Below, piece after piece: positions 17,486 to 26,862 of a DNA stretch of 64,000 bases. The DNA is from Escherichia phage BP9. Positions within the stretch are counted from its first letter, which is position 1, and each line of letters begins with the position of its first letter. The translations under genes were made by a program, and so were the position numbers. Location of the stretch: the sequence record PP488543.1; one strand, written 5' to 3'. The notes beneath the pieces are model-generated. The model was given only the letters and a program-made list of their open reading frames with translations. It ran no database searches and was not told the DNA's origin.

Positions 17486-17689
17486 TCTTTACAAAACAGG
17501 GCTTGTTTTTGTCCTGTTTTTTGTTATACTTATTCCACGGCAGGCACCTGGCGACGGGGGGAGACAACCACCGGGCCTGCCTGTCATATAAGAACTATAA
17601 AAACCGTTGACATCTGCCAGGGGGTGGGGTAACATTTATCTTGAAGGGGCAAAAGTGCCCACACAACAACCAGAAGAGAGGAAAACATT

Positions 17690-17962
17690 ATGTCAAGCTG
17701 GATTAATCAAGAAGTCGAATCACGTTTCAATGCTATTTGGGATCTCATCGAAAAAGAAGACGGCACATCAAGCCCCTACCTCAACAATTTGGAATTCCAT
17801 TTTGTGGAAGCGATGAACGCAGAACATGATCACGAAGGTGGCGCGGATGATTTCGCTAAAGGTTATGGCTTTAACAATGCCAACGAAATGATCGAGGCGG
17901 TCGTACTCCAGGCTGAGGAAGATTATCAATTAAAAACGCTTGAATTCTGCCGCCATAAGTAA
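17690..17962 (+). CDS. hypothetical acidic protein (90 aa)
   Basis: TTGACA-17-TAACAT, leader hairpin GGGGCAAAAGTGCCC, RBS AGAGAGGA. Confidence 0.5.
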   Translation: MSSWINQEVESRFNAIWDLIEKEDGTSSPYLNNLEFHFVEAMNAEHDHEGGADDFAKGYGFNNANEMIEAVVLQAEEDYQLKTLEFCRHK

Positions 17963-18022
17963 TAAGATAATGACACGGGCCAAAAGGCCCACTAATCAGA
18001 ACCGCATAAAGAGGTAAACATC

Positions 18023-18286
18023 ATGAAACGTCTTGATCAGCTCAAACTAGTTCAGTACATGGCCTACAAAGTTCTTGAAGTCCAAAAAGGTAGCAAAAAA
18101 GAGGTTTGCGAGAAAGCATATAAGATCTTTACCCGTAAAAAAGATGATTGGATGTTACGCCAGACCAAAAAAGCCGATATCCTGGGGTACCTGGAAGAAG
18201 AGATCCGACTTGAAGAGCAAGAAGAGATCCGCCGCAGTGAAGCAGATTATCAGGCAGCTTGGGAAAACTGGATGAGTAACAAATAA
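18023..18286 (+). CDS. hypothetical protein (87 aa)
   Basis: RBS AAAGAGG upstream. Confidence 0.5.
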   Translation: MKRLDQLKLVQYMAYKVLEVQKGSKKEVCEKAYKIFTRKKDDWMLRQTKKADILGYLEEEIRLEEQEEIRRSEADYQAAWENWMSNK

Positions 18287-18431
18287 TACAACAAGTTGCA
18301 CGATCAGGGGGGCAATAAAGCCCCTTGATCACATAAAAATTATGCTATCCTTATTGACAAGGATCGGCAGTTTTGCTATATTCTTTTTTGAAGGGAAGTT
18401 GTAAGAAAATTAACTAAGAGGTAAAAACACC

Positions 18432-18851
18432 ATGAACATTAAATCTAATAATCCGGCATATAGCTTTGATAACGCTTTTTGTCACGGCCCGGCGGCGAAA
18501 GGATTCGAAATCGATGGTAAACTAATTATTGTCAATGTTGACGGGGAAGAGGTTGCAGTATATCCGGTGGCAGACGTAAAAAGCCGTTTACAATGCCGCA
18601 TGGATGTTACCGCCTATCAGCTTGATCCGGTCCGCATAGTTGCCCTGGTCCTGGAAGAAGAAATTAAAGCAATGCACCACAGCAACAAGTTTATTGGTGA
18701 CGCTCAAGATAATATGAAGGTATGCCGCCATAAAGTTAATGAAGTGCTTAAAGAATATGGCTTTAAAGATCTGATGATCAAACGTGAGGAAAAATTCCGC
18801 TACCGTAACGACCTGGCAAATCGGATTTTTGAAATATACGAATCATTATAA
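18432..18851 (+). CDS. hypothetical protein (139 aa)
   Basis: TTGACA-17-TATATT promoter-like; RBS TAAGAGG. Confidence 0.55.
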   Translation: MNIKSNNPAYSFDNAFCHGPAAKGFEIDGKLIIVNVDGEEVAVYPVADVKSRLQCRMDVTAYQLDPVRIVALVLEEEIKAMHHSNKFIGDAQDNMKVCRHKVNEVLKEYGFKDLMIKREEKFRYRNDLANRIFEIYESL

Positions 18852-18870
18852 TTTTTTAACTGAATTATCA

Positions 18871-18895
18871 AGGGGCTTAGGCCCCTTTCTTTTTG
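18871..18895 (+). terminator. intrinsic terminator ending the plus-strand early block
   Basis: AGGGGC-TTAG-GCCCCT followed by TTCTTTTT. Confidence 0.6.
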
Positions 18896-19547
18896 TCTGC
18901 TCTTCCCCCCTACCACAAACGGCCCAGCCTGGCAAGTGGAATAATTGACTAGCCATCAATCCCACACACTGTACAAACATACATATAAAATAACTATTGC
19001 ATAATTTTTCATTGTGTGGTAGCAGGGCCATTTTTACACGTTTTTCCTTCCAAAATTGCACGTAATGCAGCATTTGCACAAAATTTAACCTTATGCATAT
19101 CTTCAATAGCTTGTCAACAACTAAAAATCTTTATAAGTCATACACTTACATAACCACAAAAGCGTGTCCTACGTGAAAAATCGGGTGTAACTATAGCCGC
19201 CAGATCTCAGAATTTACGTACGCTCGCCATTCTATAGCCTGCTAAGCATTTATTCCAACCATAGAATAACGGAATAGTCAATACCTGCATAAAATAATTA
19301 TTCGTGTAAACTGCATAACATAAATCAGCTCAGGTGTCAACATTTTTCGTAAACAGTCTGAAATTGTCACGATAGGTTATCATAAACAGAGAAATCTTTA
19401 GTCGTCTAATGTTTACTGTACGTTACTATACTAACTGGAATCATTAGATGACTAATAGAAAGATAAGAAATAATTAACAATACAATTATTTTATCTGTAA
19501 CAATAAGGCAACTATGCAAACGAATGGCATGGCGCGACGGAGTCGCG

Positions 19548-19697
19548 ACATAATATAAAAGCAGTAACCATCACCCCCGTGATAGTTTGTCTGCAAACTA
19601 TTAATCAGATCATAGTTGCCTTATATTTAGTTAATCATGACATAACAAGCAAGGCAACTATAGATCTTCTAATAGTTGCCCTGCTTTTATATTATGT
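19548..19697. repeat. 16-bp inverted repeat pair flanking a ~120-bp core
   Basis: CATAATATAAAAGCAG (19548-19563) and its reverse complement CTGCTTTTATATTATG (19682-19697); flanked by direct repeats ATGCAAACGAATGG(C/T)ATGGC. Confidence 0.5.
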
Positions 19698-19791
19698 CAT
19701 AGATTATTAACTTGCTAATAGTTATCATGCAAACGAATGGTATGGCTTATCATTTCCATGTAAATAGTTAGCTATGTAAACTATTGGTCAT

Positions 19792-19861
19792 GTAAACAGT
19801 AAAGGGCGTGAACAGTAAGCAGGTGAATGGTAATAGCGTGAATAGTGACAGCGTAAACAGT
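19792..19861. repeat. iteron array: 5 x GT(A/G)AA(C/T)(A/G)GT at 15-16-bp period
   Basis: GTAAACAGT 19792, GTGAACAGT 19808, GTGAATGGT 19823, GTGAATAGT 19838, GTAAACAGT 19853. Confidence 0.55.
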
Positions 19862-19865
19862 CAGG

Positions 19866-19962
19866 CATGTCAATTATGTCAATCGTGTTTAATGTTCCCA
19901 GTATGTCAAAGGTGTCATGTTATGTCACTATTGTGTCATATTGTGTCAGTTATGTCAGACAA
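19866..19962. repeat. iteron array: ~10 x (A/T)TGTCA at ~10-bp period
   Basis: catgtcaattatgtcaatcgtg...gtatgtcaaaggtgtcatgttatgtcactattgtgtcatattgtgtcagttatgtcag. Confidence 0.55.
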
Positions 19963-21372
19963 GTTTTTCTCCTCTTTGTCAAGTGCTGCATAAAAATTTA
20001 CAAGCTTGTATGGTAGCATTTTTGCGGCCCTGTTTACATTCAGGAGTGTATGTATAACCCTTGTTGTGTGGGCGTTTAGACGTCTAGACGGTTGGAAGTC
20101 TACAGGTCAATATCTAATCTATTGGCTGCTAACTATATCCCACACAAATAGTAAGAAATATAATTGTTATATGCGTAAACAGTAACCTATGTTATCAATC
20201 CATGTATGTATCGCCAGTGGTGCGCATAATGGGTATTATGTTAAATTGCCCGTAATGATAACTATTCTCACAATGATAGGTATTCTCATTCACCCCGCAA
20301 GATAGGTTGCAAATGTTGTGTCACTGTGTGAACGGCCTCGCCTATTAATTTGCCTCACTGCCTTGATATTTGAGAATTGTTATAAGAATGAGAAGTATTC
20401 CCATTTCGTCCGCCTGGCAGCACTCCAGTCGCTACGGCTCATAACAGGGCAGAACCAGTCCTATTCAGATATTTCTGGCTGGCTCTTCAGGTCTGTGTGG
20501 GAAAAGCCAACCCCTCCGGCGGCGGGGAGGGGGTCAATTAAAAAATTTACGTGGTGTATGAAGCGCTCTTCAGGTAAGGCATGTATTATGGGATGAAATC
20601 CTCTTCAGACAATGATATTTGTTGGTGTGATATTTGCTGGAAAGCCAGATATGACGGGACTCCCGGCGGGGCAGGGGTAGTACAGACAGGGAAAATATGG
20701 GGGATGTAGTTGGGGAAATTGATCAGGTAGGTAGAGTATGGAATATGTTACAGGTATGTTAAATAGGGAGGCTGAATATCTGTAAGATTTGTGTGTAAAA
20801 TCAAAGACTTAAGTGGTGTTGTGGTATTTTCTATAAATAATTCAGGTTTAATAGGTAATATTTGTTTCAATCCACTTTGTGTGGTAAACAGATTCAGATG
20901 AAATTGGTTTACAAGTGTATACATAATATACAAATTAAAGATACAAGAAACCCCCCTCCCCCTTCGGCTACCATTCACCTTTTCCTCTGACTGGTACTTA
21001 AACACTTATTCAGACTCTTTAGGTTATCACCCATATATCATATGGCAGTGACTGGTGTCCTCCGGCCCCTCTTTCGTCACCCGTCCGCTTCGCCATGCTA
21101 ATGCCATAGCCAAATGTTCGGTTGTTCACCCTGTTCACTCAGGTGTATCTCCATACCCTTCAAACCGAAGAGAACAGAAAACCCGAATTACTCGGTAAAA
21201 GAAAAGAGAAGAACTTAATTTTATCAGGATAGGCAAGAATGTCAAGGCATGACTGCTCACTAAACAAGCAAACAGCCATGTGTGGGAGGTAAGTTATTGT
21301 GGTGGTGGGAAATTTAGTTGAAAGATGTGTTATAGGTGCTTCCAGCACTTTAGCTGGGCAGCTAATTGTGTG

Positions 21373-21588
21373 TCAGTCCAGCGGTTCATCCTCTACTTCA
21401 CTGAAATCAATGTTCATGGTCTCCTCCCAACCATCGATCTCAGCACAAGAGTGGAGTTCTTTAGGGTTTACTCCCAAAGCCTCAGCAACAGAGTCTATAT
21501 TTAACACCTCTGGCAGGTATGATTCATCGAATTCAAGGTAAATCAGGCCACGAGTGTTGTCAGCTCCACCAAATATTTCTATCTTCAT
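21373..21588 (-). CDS. hypothetical acidic protein (71 aa)
   Basis: ATG 21588 after AGAGGAG; last gene of minus-strand block. Confidence 0.4.
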   Translation of the reverse strand: MKIEIFGGADNTRGLIYLEFDESYLPEVLNIDSVAEALGVNPKELHSCAEIDGWEETMNIDFSEVEDEPLD

Positions 21589-21708
21589 AAAATCTCCTCT
21601 GGAAATGAGAATGTGAACTGGGTTTATACGTTCCAATGCACAGGAATTATGCACGTTTGCCTCTTCAGGCCATGCTTTAGCATGAGGAACCTGTGTGGGC
21701 TCGGTGCT

Positions 21709-22122
21709 TCATAGTCTACCACCCCTGAACTCTTCGTGCTCAGGCATAATAGAGAACCAGATATCTACGATGTCTTCCCACGTTAGGTCATCAGCCTCAG
21801 GATCTACCTGGAGCGAAGATGGGGAGTCTTTAGAATCGAAGTTTTCCTCTTTAACTGGCTCAGTCAAGGGACATATAGTCACTCCTTTGGATGTCTCTTC
21901 AGATGCATGTGTGTTTATCATGTTCCACCCGTGAGTATTCCGGCAACAGCCGCTATGGACGTAATGATCATCAGGATCACCACCAAAACCTCTGACAATG
22001 TTTTCATTGTGTATCCCATATTCTCCAAACGATGTGTGGATACTATCACTGGAGCGGCAATGTGTCAACAGAAACGCCGCGAGGGTTTGGTTAAAATCCG
22101 AGCGTATGGTGATTTGGGTCAA
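21709..22122 (-). CDS. hypothetical protein (start uncertain, TTG in track)
   Basis: Longest minus ORF in a region with overlapping ORFs on both strands; weak support. Confidence 0.25.
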   Translation of the reverse strand: MTQITIRSDFNQTLAAFLLTHCRSSDSIHTSFGEYGIHNENIVRGFGGDPDDHYVHSGCCRNTHGWNMINTHASEETSKGVTICPLTEPVKEENFDSKDSPSSLQVDPEADDLTWEDIVDIWFSIMPEHEEFRGGRL

Positions 22123-22281
22123 AACGGACGTGCGTTCTCGCTACGCTCGAAAGATAGATTTGTTTGTAGGAAGCTCTTAAACGCTCTGTAATGAGATTAT
22201 CTGTCCAAGGTATGCAATCGTGCACCAGATAAAGAAAAGGACGCCACAGAGCGTCCTAGGTGTCTTAAATTTGATATTTTG

Positions 22282-22581
22282 CTATACCCATGAGGGCTTA
22301 TCAAGGTTGGAGTAGCTGAAAGGTGTCAAAAGGTGATTGTCAAAATCTCTCAAACTATCCAGATCTTTTTCCTCGTCCTGACACCATCTGTGCCTACATT
22401 TATTGTTGTAGTGCATAGAATGCATAGCGTTCTGCAACTTAACAGGCACAAGTGATTCGGGAGTAGATAGTATTGTTGGGTATGCCAGAACCACTTCAAA
22501 CAGTGGAAACACATCGAAACTAAAGTCTACCTCTGCAGAGGTTGATGGCATATAGGAGTATTTAGCCGCCTTTGTAGACAT
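22282..22581 (-). CDS. hypothetical protein (99 aa)
   Basis: ATG 22581 after GAGGTGG; directly follows upstream stop. Confidence 0.45.
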   Translation of the reverse strand: MSTKAAKYSYMPSTSAEVDFSFDVFPLFEVVLAYPTILSTPESLVPVKLQNAMHSMHYNNKCRHRWCQDEEKDLDSLRDFDNHLLTPFSYSNLDKPSWV

Positions 22582-22589
22582 AATCCACC

Positions 22590-22916
22590 TCACACAGGTT
22601 TGATAATACCTTCACCGAATAGCTCTTCGTATCTAATCTTATCCGGATCCCACTCCTGGATAATTTCGAAGACAATATCCAACCCAGGAATAATCACTTC
22701 TCCAGTGTCAAGTTTGGCAAGAACAAAACCAGAAGGCTGAATGGTTTCCCAGTTGCGACGATTGGAATAGAAGACCTCGAAAATATCACCGACCTTGATC
22801 TGTTGATCAAGATGTTCAAGATTCTCTTTCATATAGACGCAGCGGATTTTTCGTGCAGGCCATAGACCGCCTGCATCACGTTCATTCAATTCTTTTACAG
22901 TAATCGGTACACCCAT
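22590..22916 (-). CDS. hypothetical protein (108 aa)
   Basis: RBS AAGGAG upstream of ATG. Confidence 0.5.
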   Translation of the reverse strand: MGVPITVKELNERDAGGLWPARKIRCVYMKENLEHLDQQIKVGDIFEVFYSNRRNWETIQPSGFVLAKLDTGEVIIPGLDIVFEIIQEWDPDKIRYEELFGEGIIKPV

Positions 22917-22969
22917 CTCAAATCTCCTTCATAGATAGTAAAAAGAGGGGCCCAAGCCCCTCTTTGCCA

Positions 22970-23275
22970 TTATTCTACAGAGCGTTTGAAAAGAATGTCT
23001 GCCTCAGACATGTGCTCAACCTCTTCTTCGATTTTAGCTCGACGTTTTTCAGCCTCATATCGAATATCGAACTCGGTAGCCACCAGAGATTTGATGAATT
23101 TAGGAGAATACAGATGATCCTGCTTCTCAACAAGAATGATATCCTTGATGGCATCTTTCAGATCTTTAATCTGAAGTTGGAGTTCCACCAGTTCTTCGAT
23201 TGTTTTGCGAAGGCGATCACGCTCTGCAGTGTCAGAAGGAAGAGAGGTGAACAGTTCAACTTTAGATTTAGCCAT
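22970..23275 (-). CDS. coiled-coil protein (101 aa)
   Basis: RBS AAGGAG; heptad-rich E/K sequence. Confidence 0.5.
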   Translation of the reverse strand: MAKSKVELFTSLPSDTAERDRLRKTIEELVELQLQIKDLKDAIKDIILVEKQDHLYSPKFIKSLVATEFDIRYEAEKRRAKIEEEVEHMSEADILFKRSVE

Positions 23276-23303
23276 AGTAAGAGTCTCCTTATGTTGTTTT
23301 AAA

Positions 23304-23555
23304 TTAACGTTCTACAAAAATACCGTTCAGTTCGATGACCAGGAATTTCTGGTCTTCACTATCGTCTCGTGCCAGCACCTCACAGACGTATCGGTCATCC
23401 CCATCATCATCGCAGTCAAATACAAGGCTGAGGACTTTATCATGATAAATCTTCGACACTACTGCCTCGTAAGTATTGCCGATTGTGAATCCAAGATAAT
23501 CCCCGATGCATTTGACAACAACATGGTCGCCAGCGCTTAAGTCAATCTTCGTCAT
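23304..23555 (-). CDS. hypothetical protein (83 aa)
   Basis: ATG 23555 after AAGGAG; track start 23621 lies upstream. Confidence 0.5.
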   Translation of the reverse strand: MTKIDLSAGDHVVVKCIGDYLGFTIGNTYEAVVSKIYHDKVLSLVFDCDDDGDDRYVCEVLARDDSEDQKFLVIELNGIFVER

Positions 23556-23710
23556 TACTGTGCTCCTTGGGTGATAATATGGTATGTAAAACTTTAACCA
23601 GAGATGTGAATAACGCCCCAAAACACACAGATAGCGCTAAAACGGATAAGGCCATCATTAAAGCTTCAGTAAAATCAGTCATTCCTCACCTCTTGTTAGT
23701 AACTATACTA

Positions 23711-23974
23711 TCATTTATCTTCGCCGTCAAGAACTTTTTTAAATCTCTCAGGAATATCTCCTGTTCTTAGATAGCTCATGACCTCCCAAGGTTTCCACTT
23801 GAACTTCTTGCACAGTAAGGCAGCCGAGATCGTCTCATTGCGAAAAGAAAGGATATTAATATCCCACTCTGAGAACCCCAATTTCCGAAGAGTGGCTATA
23901 GAAATCCTCACAGCAACCCAACAAGAGAGGCACGCAACAAACGCCACTGCCACAACCCACATCAGGATGTTCAT
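23711..23974 (-). CDS. membrane protein (87 aa)
   Basis: RBS AAGGGGG; N-terminal hydrophobic helix. Confidence 0.5.
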   Translation of the reverse strand: MNILMWVVAVAFVACLSCWVAVRISIATLRKLGFSEWDINILSFRNETISAALLCKKFKWKPWEVMSYLRTGDIPERFKKVLDGEDK

Positions 23975-24063
23975 ACAGCCCCCTTAATGAAATACAAGAC
24001 ATAGTGTTAAGGTCACTATCCAGCAAATAATTAACAGTGCCGTTGCAACCTTGGCAAGATTTA

Positions 24064-24351
24064 TCATAGTGTCTCTAAAATTTCATACCCTTCGGGTCGG
24101 AATACAAGCCACTCCGTGGCCCCGTTTGGTCGATACGCTTTATACAGAACAACCTGATCTCGGCACATGCACATAGCTACATAGTTTTCATCCACACCTG
24201 CAGCCTGCATTGCAGCTTCTTCTCCGGCAACTGCTTTGCTTACAACCTCCTTGGTAGGCAGGTGTGCGATCAGCTCGTCACCATCATTAATTCCAAAATG
24301 GCTGAGTTCTCCATTGGTATCTTTAATCTTAATCTTAACCAGATCTTTCAT
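24064..24351 (-). CDS. small acidic protein (95 aa), MK(I/V)K-family array
   Basis: ORF in tight tandem array; N-terminal MKDLVKIKIKD. Confidence 0.5.
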   Translation of the reverse strand: MKDLVKIKIKDTNGELSHFGINDGDELIAHLPTKEVVSKAVAGEEAAMQAAGVDENYVAMCMCRDQVVLYKAYRPNGATEWLVFRPEGYEILETL

Positions 24352-24680
24352 TAGTCTTCCTCTAGGTTCAAAGGCCCTAAGATTTCATATGCCAGATTAG
24401 AAGTTACCAGAGGGTCTTCTGCATCTTTAGTATTATACCATCCGTGAATAACCAGAGTCCCACTTTGCTTCATGTCTAACTGGAACTGTTCTGCCGTTTC
24501 CTCATCCATCTCCAAGATCTCCATGAGGTATTTGATGTTAGGAAGGTATGCAGCTGTTACAGTCCCCTCTACCAGGCCTTCAGGCCAACCTACATCCGGA
24601 TGACAAGTAGGGACCAGAGAGGTCAGCTTGATAGTGTATGCTTTTTCTGCACGAGCCTTCAGTAACGGATCAATTTTCAT
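24351..24680 (-). CDS. small acidic protein (109 aa), array member
   Basis: Stop/start abutting neighbours. Confidence 0.5.
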   Translation of the reverse strand: MKIDPLLKARAEKAYTIKLTSLVPTCHPDVGWPEGLVEGTVTAAYLPNIKYLMEILEMDEETAEQFQLDMKQSGTLVIHGWYNTKDAEDPLVTSNLAYEILGPLNLEED

Positions 24681-25030
24681 TATTCTTCCTCCTCTTCGGT
24701 GCCTGCTTCCAGTAGTAAGTTAAGAACATCTTCAGCAGAAGGTTCGTAGAACTCTTGGCCTTCATTATCAATGATTCGGTAGTCATCTCCACGAATAATC
24801 AGAGGATCACTCTCAAAATTATCGAGGCCTTTAACAACGACAACACGATCGATTGCCATCATTGTAAGAACTTTATCGACATCTTCCTCTGCTACACCAT
24901 ACTGCAGCAGAATGTCTTTGGTAGGAGGAACAGCATCCACCACAACGCCGTTACCAAAACCTTCTGGAAGTTTAGCTAAAATATCTTCCGGAACCACATT
25001 CACATCAAAACCGGTAATTTCTACTTTCAT
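24680..25030 (-). CDS. small acidic protein (116 aa), array member
   Basis: N-terminal MKVEITG, C-terminal EEEEE. Confidence 0.5.
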   Translation of the reverse strand: MKVEITGFDVNVVPEDILAKLPEGFGNGVVVDAVPPTKDILLQYGVAEEDVDKVLTMMAIDRVVVVKGLDNFESDPLIIRGDDYRIIDNEGQEFYEPSAEDVLNLLLEAGTEEEEE

Positions 25031-25291
25031 TTACAGCACCTCTTCGTCAACTACTTCATAAAAATGGCTTGGGATTGCAATGGCGTTCTCGCCTTCACCT
25101 AAGAACACTGTCCCACTAACGATTAACATTAGAAGAACGTCTGCGATACCTTCCTCGGGGACGTTGCCAAAACCTTTAATCAGCTCGTAGGTTGGAAGAT
25201 TTACCTCTAAGATGTCACCATCTTTAGAACGGAAATCAACACCGTCCTGAATCTCTGCCGTTTCAAGGTTTTTCAATTTAATCTTCATCAA
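25031..25291 (-). CDS. small acidic protein (86 aa), array member
   Basis: N-terminal MMKIKLKNLE, C-terminal FYEVVDEEVL (compare 26456..26725). Confidence 0.5.
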   Translation of the reverse strand: MMKIKLKNLETAEIQDGVDFRSKDGDILEVNLPTYELIKGFGNVPEEGIADVLLMLIVSGTVFLGEGENAIAIPSHFYEVVDEEVL

Positions 25292-25367
25292 TCAGTCTCC
25301 TGTCTTGTTAAGATGAAGGTATTATTGCACACAGGGTTGGTGTTGTCAACACCTGTGTGGTATAAAA

Positions 25368-25763
25368 TTACTGAAACAGTGCAGATAAATTACCTTCTGG
25401 TGGAAACTTATCTGCCAAGAACGGGGTCAGAACAGTAGCCTTCTGAAGATCTGGGGTCCACTCGTTGTTCAGAACATCCCAGTAGTACGCAATGTTGCTG
25501 TGTGGGTGCCGCATTACGAACTTTTTCCCTTCGTAGTCATCTGAAACCTCTACAGAAGAAATAACAACAGAATCTTCAAGGGTTTCTTCATAGAAAGATC
25601 CGCCTTCAAATTTCCAACGAGATGCAAGAGCCCCTGCCTTGAACGCTGCAGATAACGGACTGTCGGCAAGAACATACATTTCTTGCACTCTGTCGCTGCG
25701 ATCTTTGCTTCTTACGTTGTACACAGTATCTGAACTATACTCAACACGGTATAGGCTTACCAT
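25368..25763 (-). CDS. hypothetical protein (131 aa), paralog of 27576..27974
   Basis: Shared motif FV(M/I)(R/V)HP(H/D)S..YW.....(E/T)WTP. Confidence 0.5.
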   Translation of the reverse strand: MVSLYRVEYSSDTVYNVRSKDRSDRVQEMYVLADSPLSAAFKAGALASRWKFEGGSFYEETLEDSVVISSVEVSDDYEGKKFVMRHPHSNIAYYWDVLNNEWTPDLQKATVLTPFLADKFPPEGNLSALFQ

Positions 25764-26095
25764 TACCGCACCTCCTCAATAACTTCCACATCTGAACCAA
25801 CCACAAATGCAAAAGGACAGGTTTCATGAAAGACATCCGGATCGCCGCCAAGCTTGCTAACAATTTCTCCACCGCTGATAAACACAAGCTCACCGATATT
25901 CATCAGATTGCTGAAATAGTATCCATAATGATTAAAGAATGCAGCAGGGTCGGGCAGACTAGTAGCCTCAAGCACTACATCGGTTGAGGTTACTTTCTTA
26001 TCATAACCTCTCGCCTTTTGAGATGCAAGATCTGCAGAATCCTCAGGCGACCGGAGATGCACAGGAATTGTTTCACCAATAAAGCGTACTTTCAT
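25763..26095 (-). CDS. small acidic protein (110 aa), array member
   Basis: ATG 26095 (MKVRFIG...) after upstream stop; track TTG start 26122 overlaps neighbour; C-terminal GSDVEVIEE. Confidence 0.45.
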   Translation of the reverse strand: MKVRFIGETIPVHLRSPEDSADLASQKARGYDKKVTSTDVVLEATSLPDPAAFFNHYGYYFSNLMNIGELVFISGGEIVSKLGGDPDVFHETCPFAFVVGSDVEVIEEVR

Positions 26096-26099
26096 ATTA

Positions 26100-26363
26100 T
26101 CACCCAACAACCATAGCTTCAAAAGGAGTCATGAACGAATAAACGGCATCATCATCTGCTTCAGGGAATGCTCCCAAAGACTTCATGTCTGAGCCCTTAA
26201 CAAATACAAGGTTTTGATCAAAAGCTTCTTGGGGATCAATCCGATACATATCCCGTATGATATCACTTACCTCATCATCGAGAGGCGAGTATGCTGTGCA
26301 CGTTTTTCCAATCAAGCTTTGAGAATCAGGGTATCCACCTGAAGTTTTAAAATAAACAATCAT
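26100..26363 (-). CDS. small acidic protein (87 aa)
   Basis: ORF in array. Confidence 0.5.
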   Translation of the reverse strand: MIVYFKTSGGYPDSQSLIGKTCTAYSPLDDEVSDIIRDMYRIDPQEAFDQNLVFVKGSDMKSLGAFPEADDDAVYSFMTPFEAMVVG

Positions 26364-26455
26364 ATAGTCTCACCTCTGGTAAGAGATGGGGATTCCTTCC
26401 CCACAAATAGTTACAAACCTTTCTTGTCGAGGAAAGTATGCTAACCTAAGCAGGA

Positions 26456-26725
26456 TTACTCTTCTACAACCTCATACACATCAGGAGTTACAATCAACTC
26501 TTCTCCGTTACCCGGTGCAACAAACACCACCAGACCTTCAGGTGTGTGCTTTTTAGCCATCTCGATGACATCTTCTCGCAGAGCTGGCTCCATCAGATCA
26601 AAACCTTCACCCAAGGCATCACGAACCACCTTCATGTAGTCCACTGGTTGTGCTTCAACAATCATGCCTTCAACCAGTCCACAGTTTTTGTCTGCCAGCT
26701 CAGTTTTGAATAATTTAATTTTCAT
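26456..26725 (-). CDS. small acidic protein (89 aa), array member
   Basis: N-terminal MKIKLFKTEL, C-terminal VYEVVEE. Confidence 0.5.
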   Translation of the reverse strand: MKIKLFKTELADKNCGLVEGMIVEAQPVDYMKVVRDALGEGFDLMEPALREDVIEMAKKHTPEGLVVFVAPGNGEELIVTPDVYEVVEE

Positions 26726-26862
26726 TTAGAGGTCTCCTCAATTATTTGATATCAATAGCCGTAACCTAACACATTAACTACAACTGCGATTGCAAACATA
26801 ATTTCAAAGCATGCAATCTCTACATTTGGGACTAATTTCTTAATCACGCCCATTGTAGCACC

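Larger units (their letters stand above)
18900..21370. repeat. 2.5-kb noncoding region with iterons and inverted repeats (candidate origin / cis-acting site)
   Basis: No supported ORF; lies between convergent gene blocks; several repeat arrays (see findings). Confidence 0.55.

Noticed and set aside
19792-19962. Possible CRISPR array
   Set aside because: Repeats are 6-9 bp with 6-10 bp spacing, far too short for CRISPR repeat-spacer units; no cas genes; interpreted as iterons.
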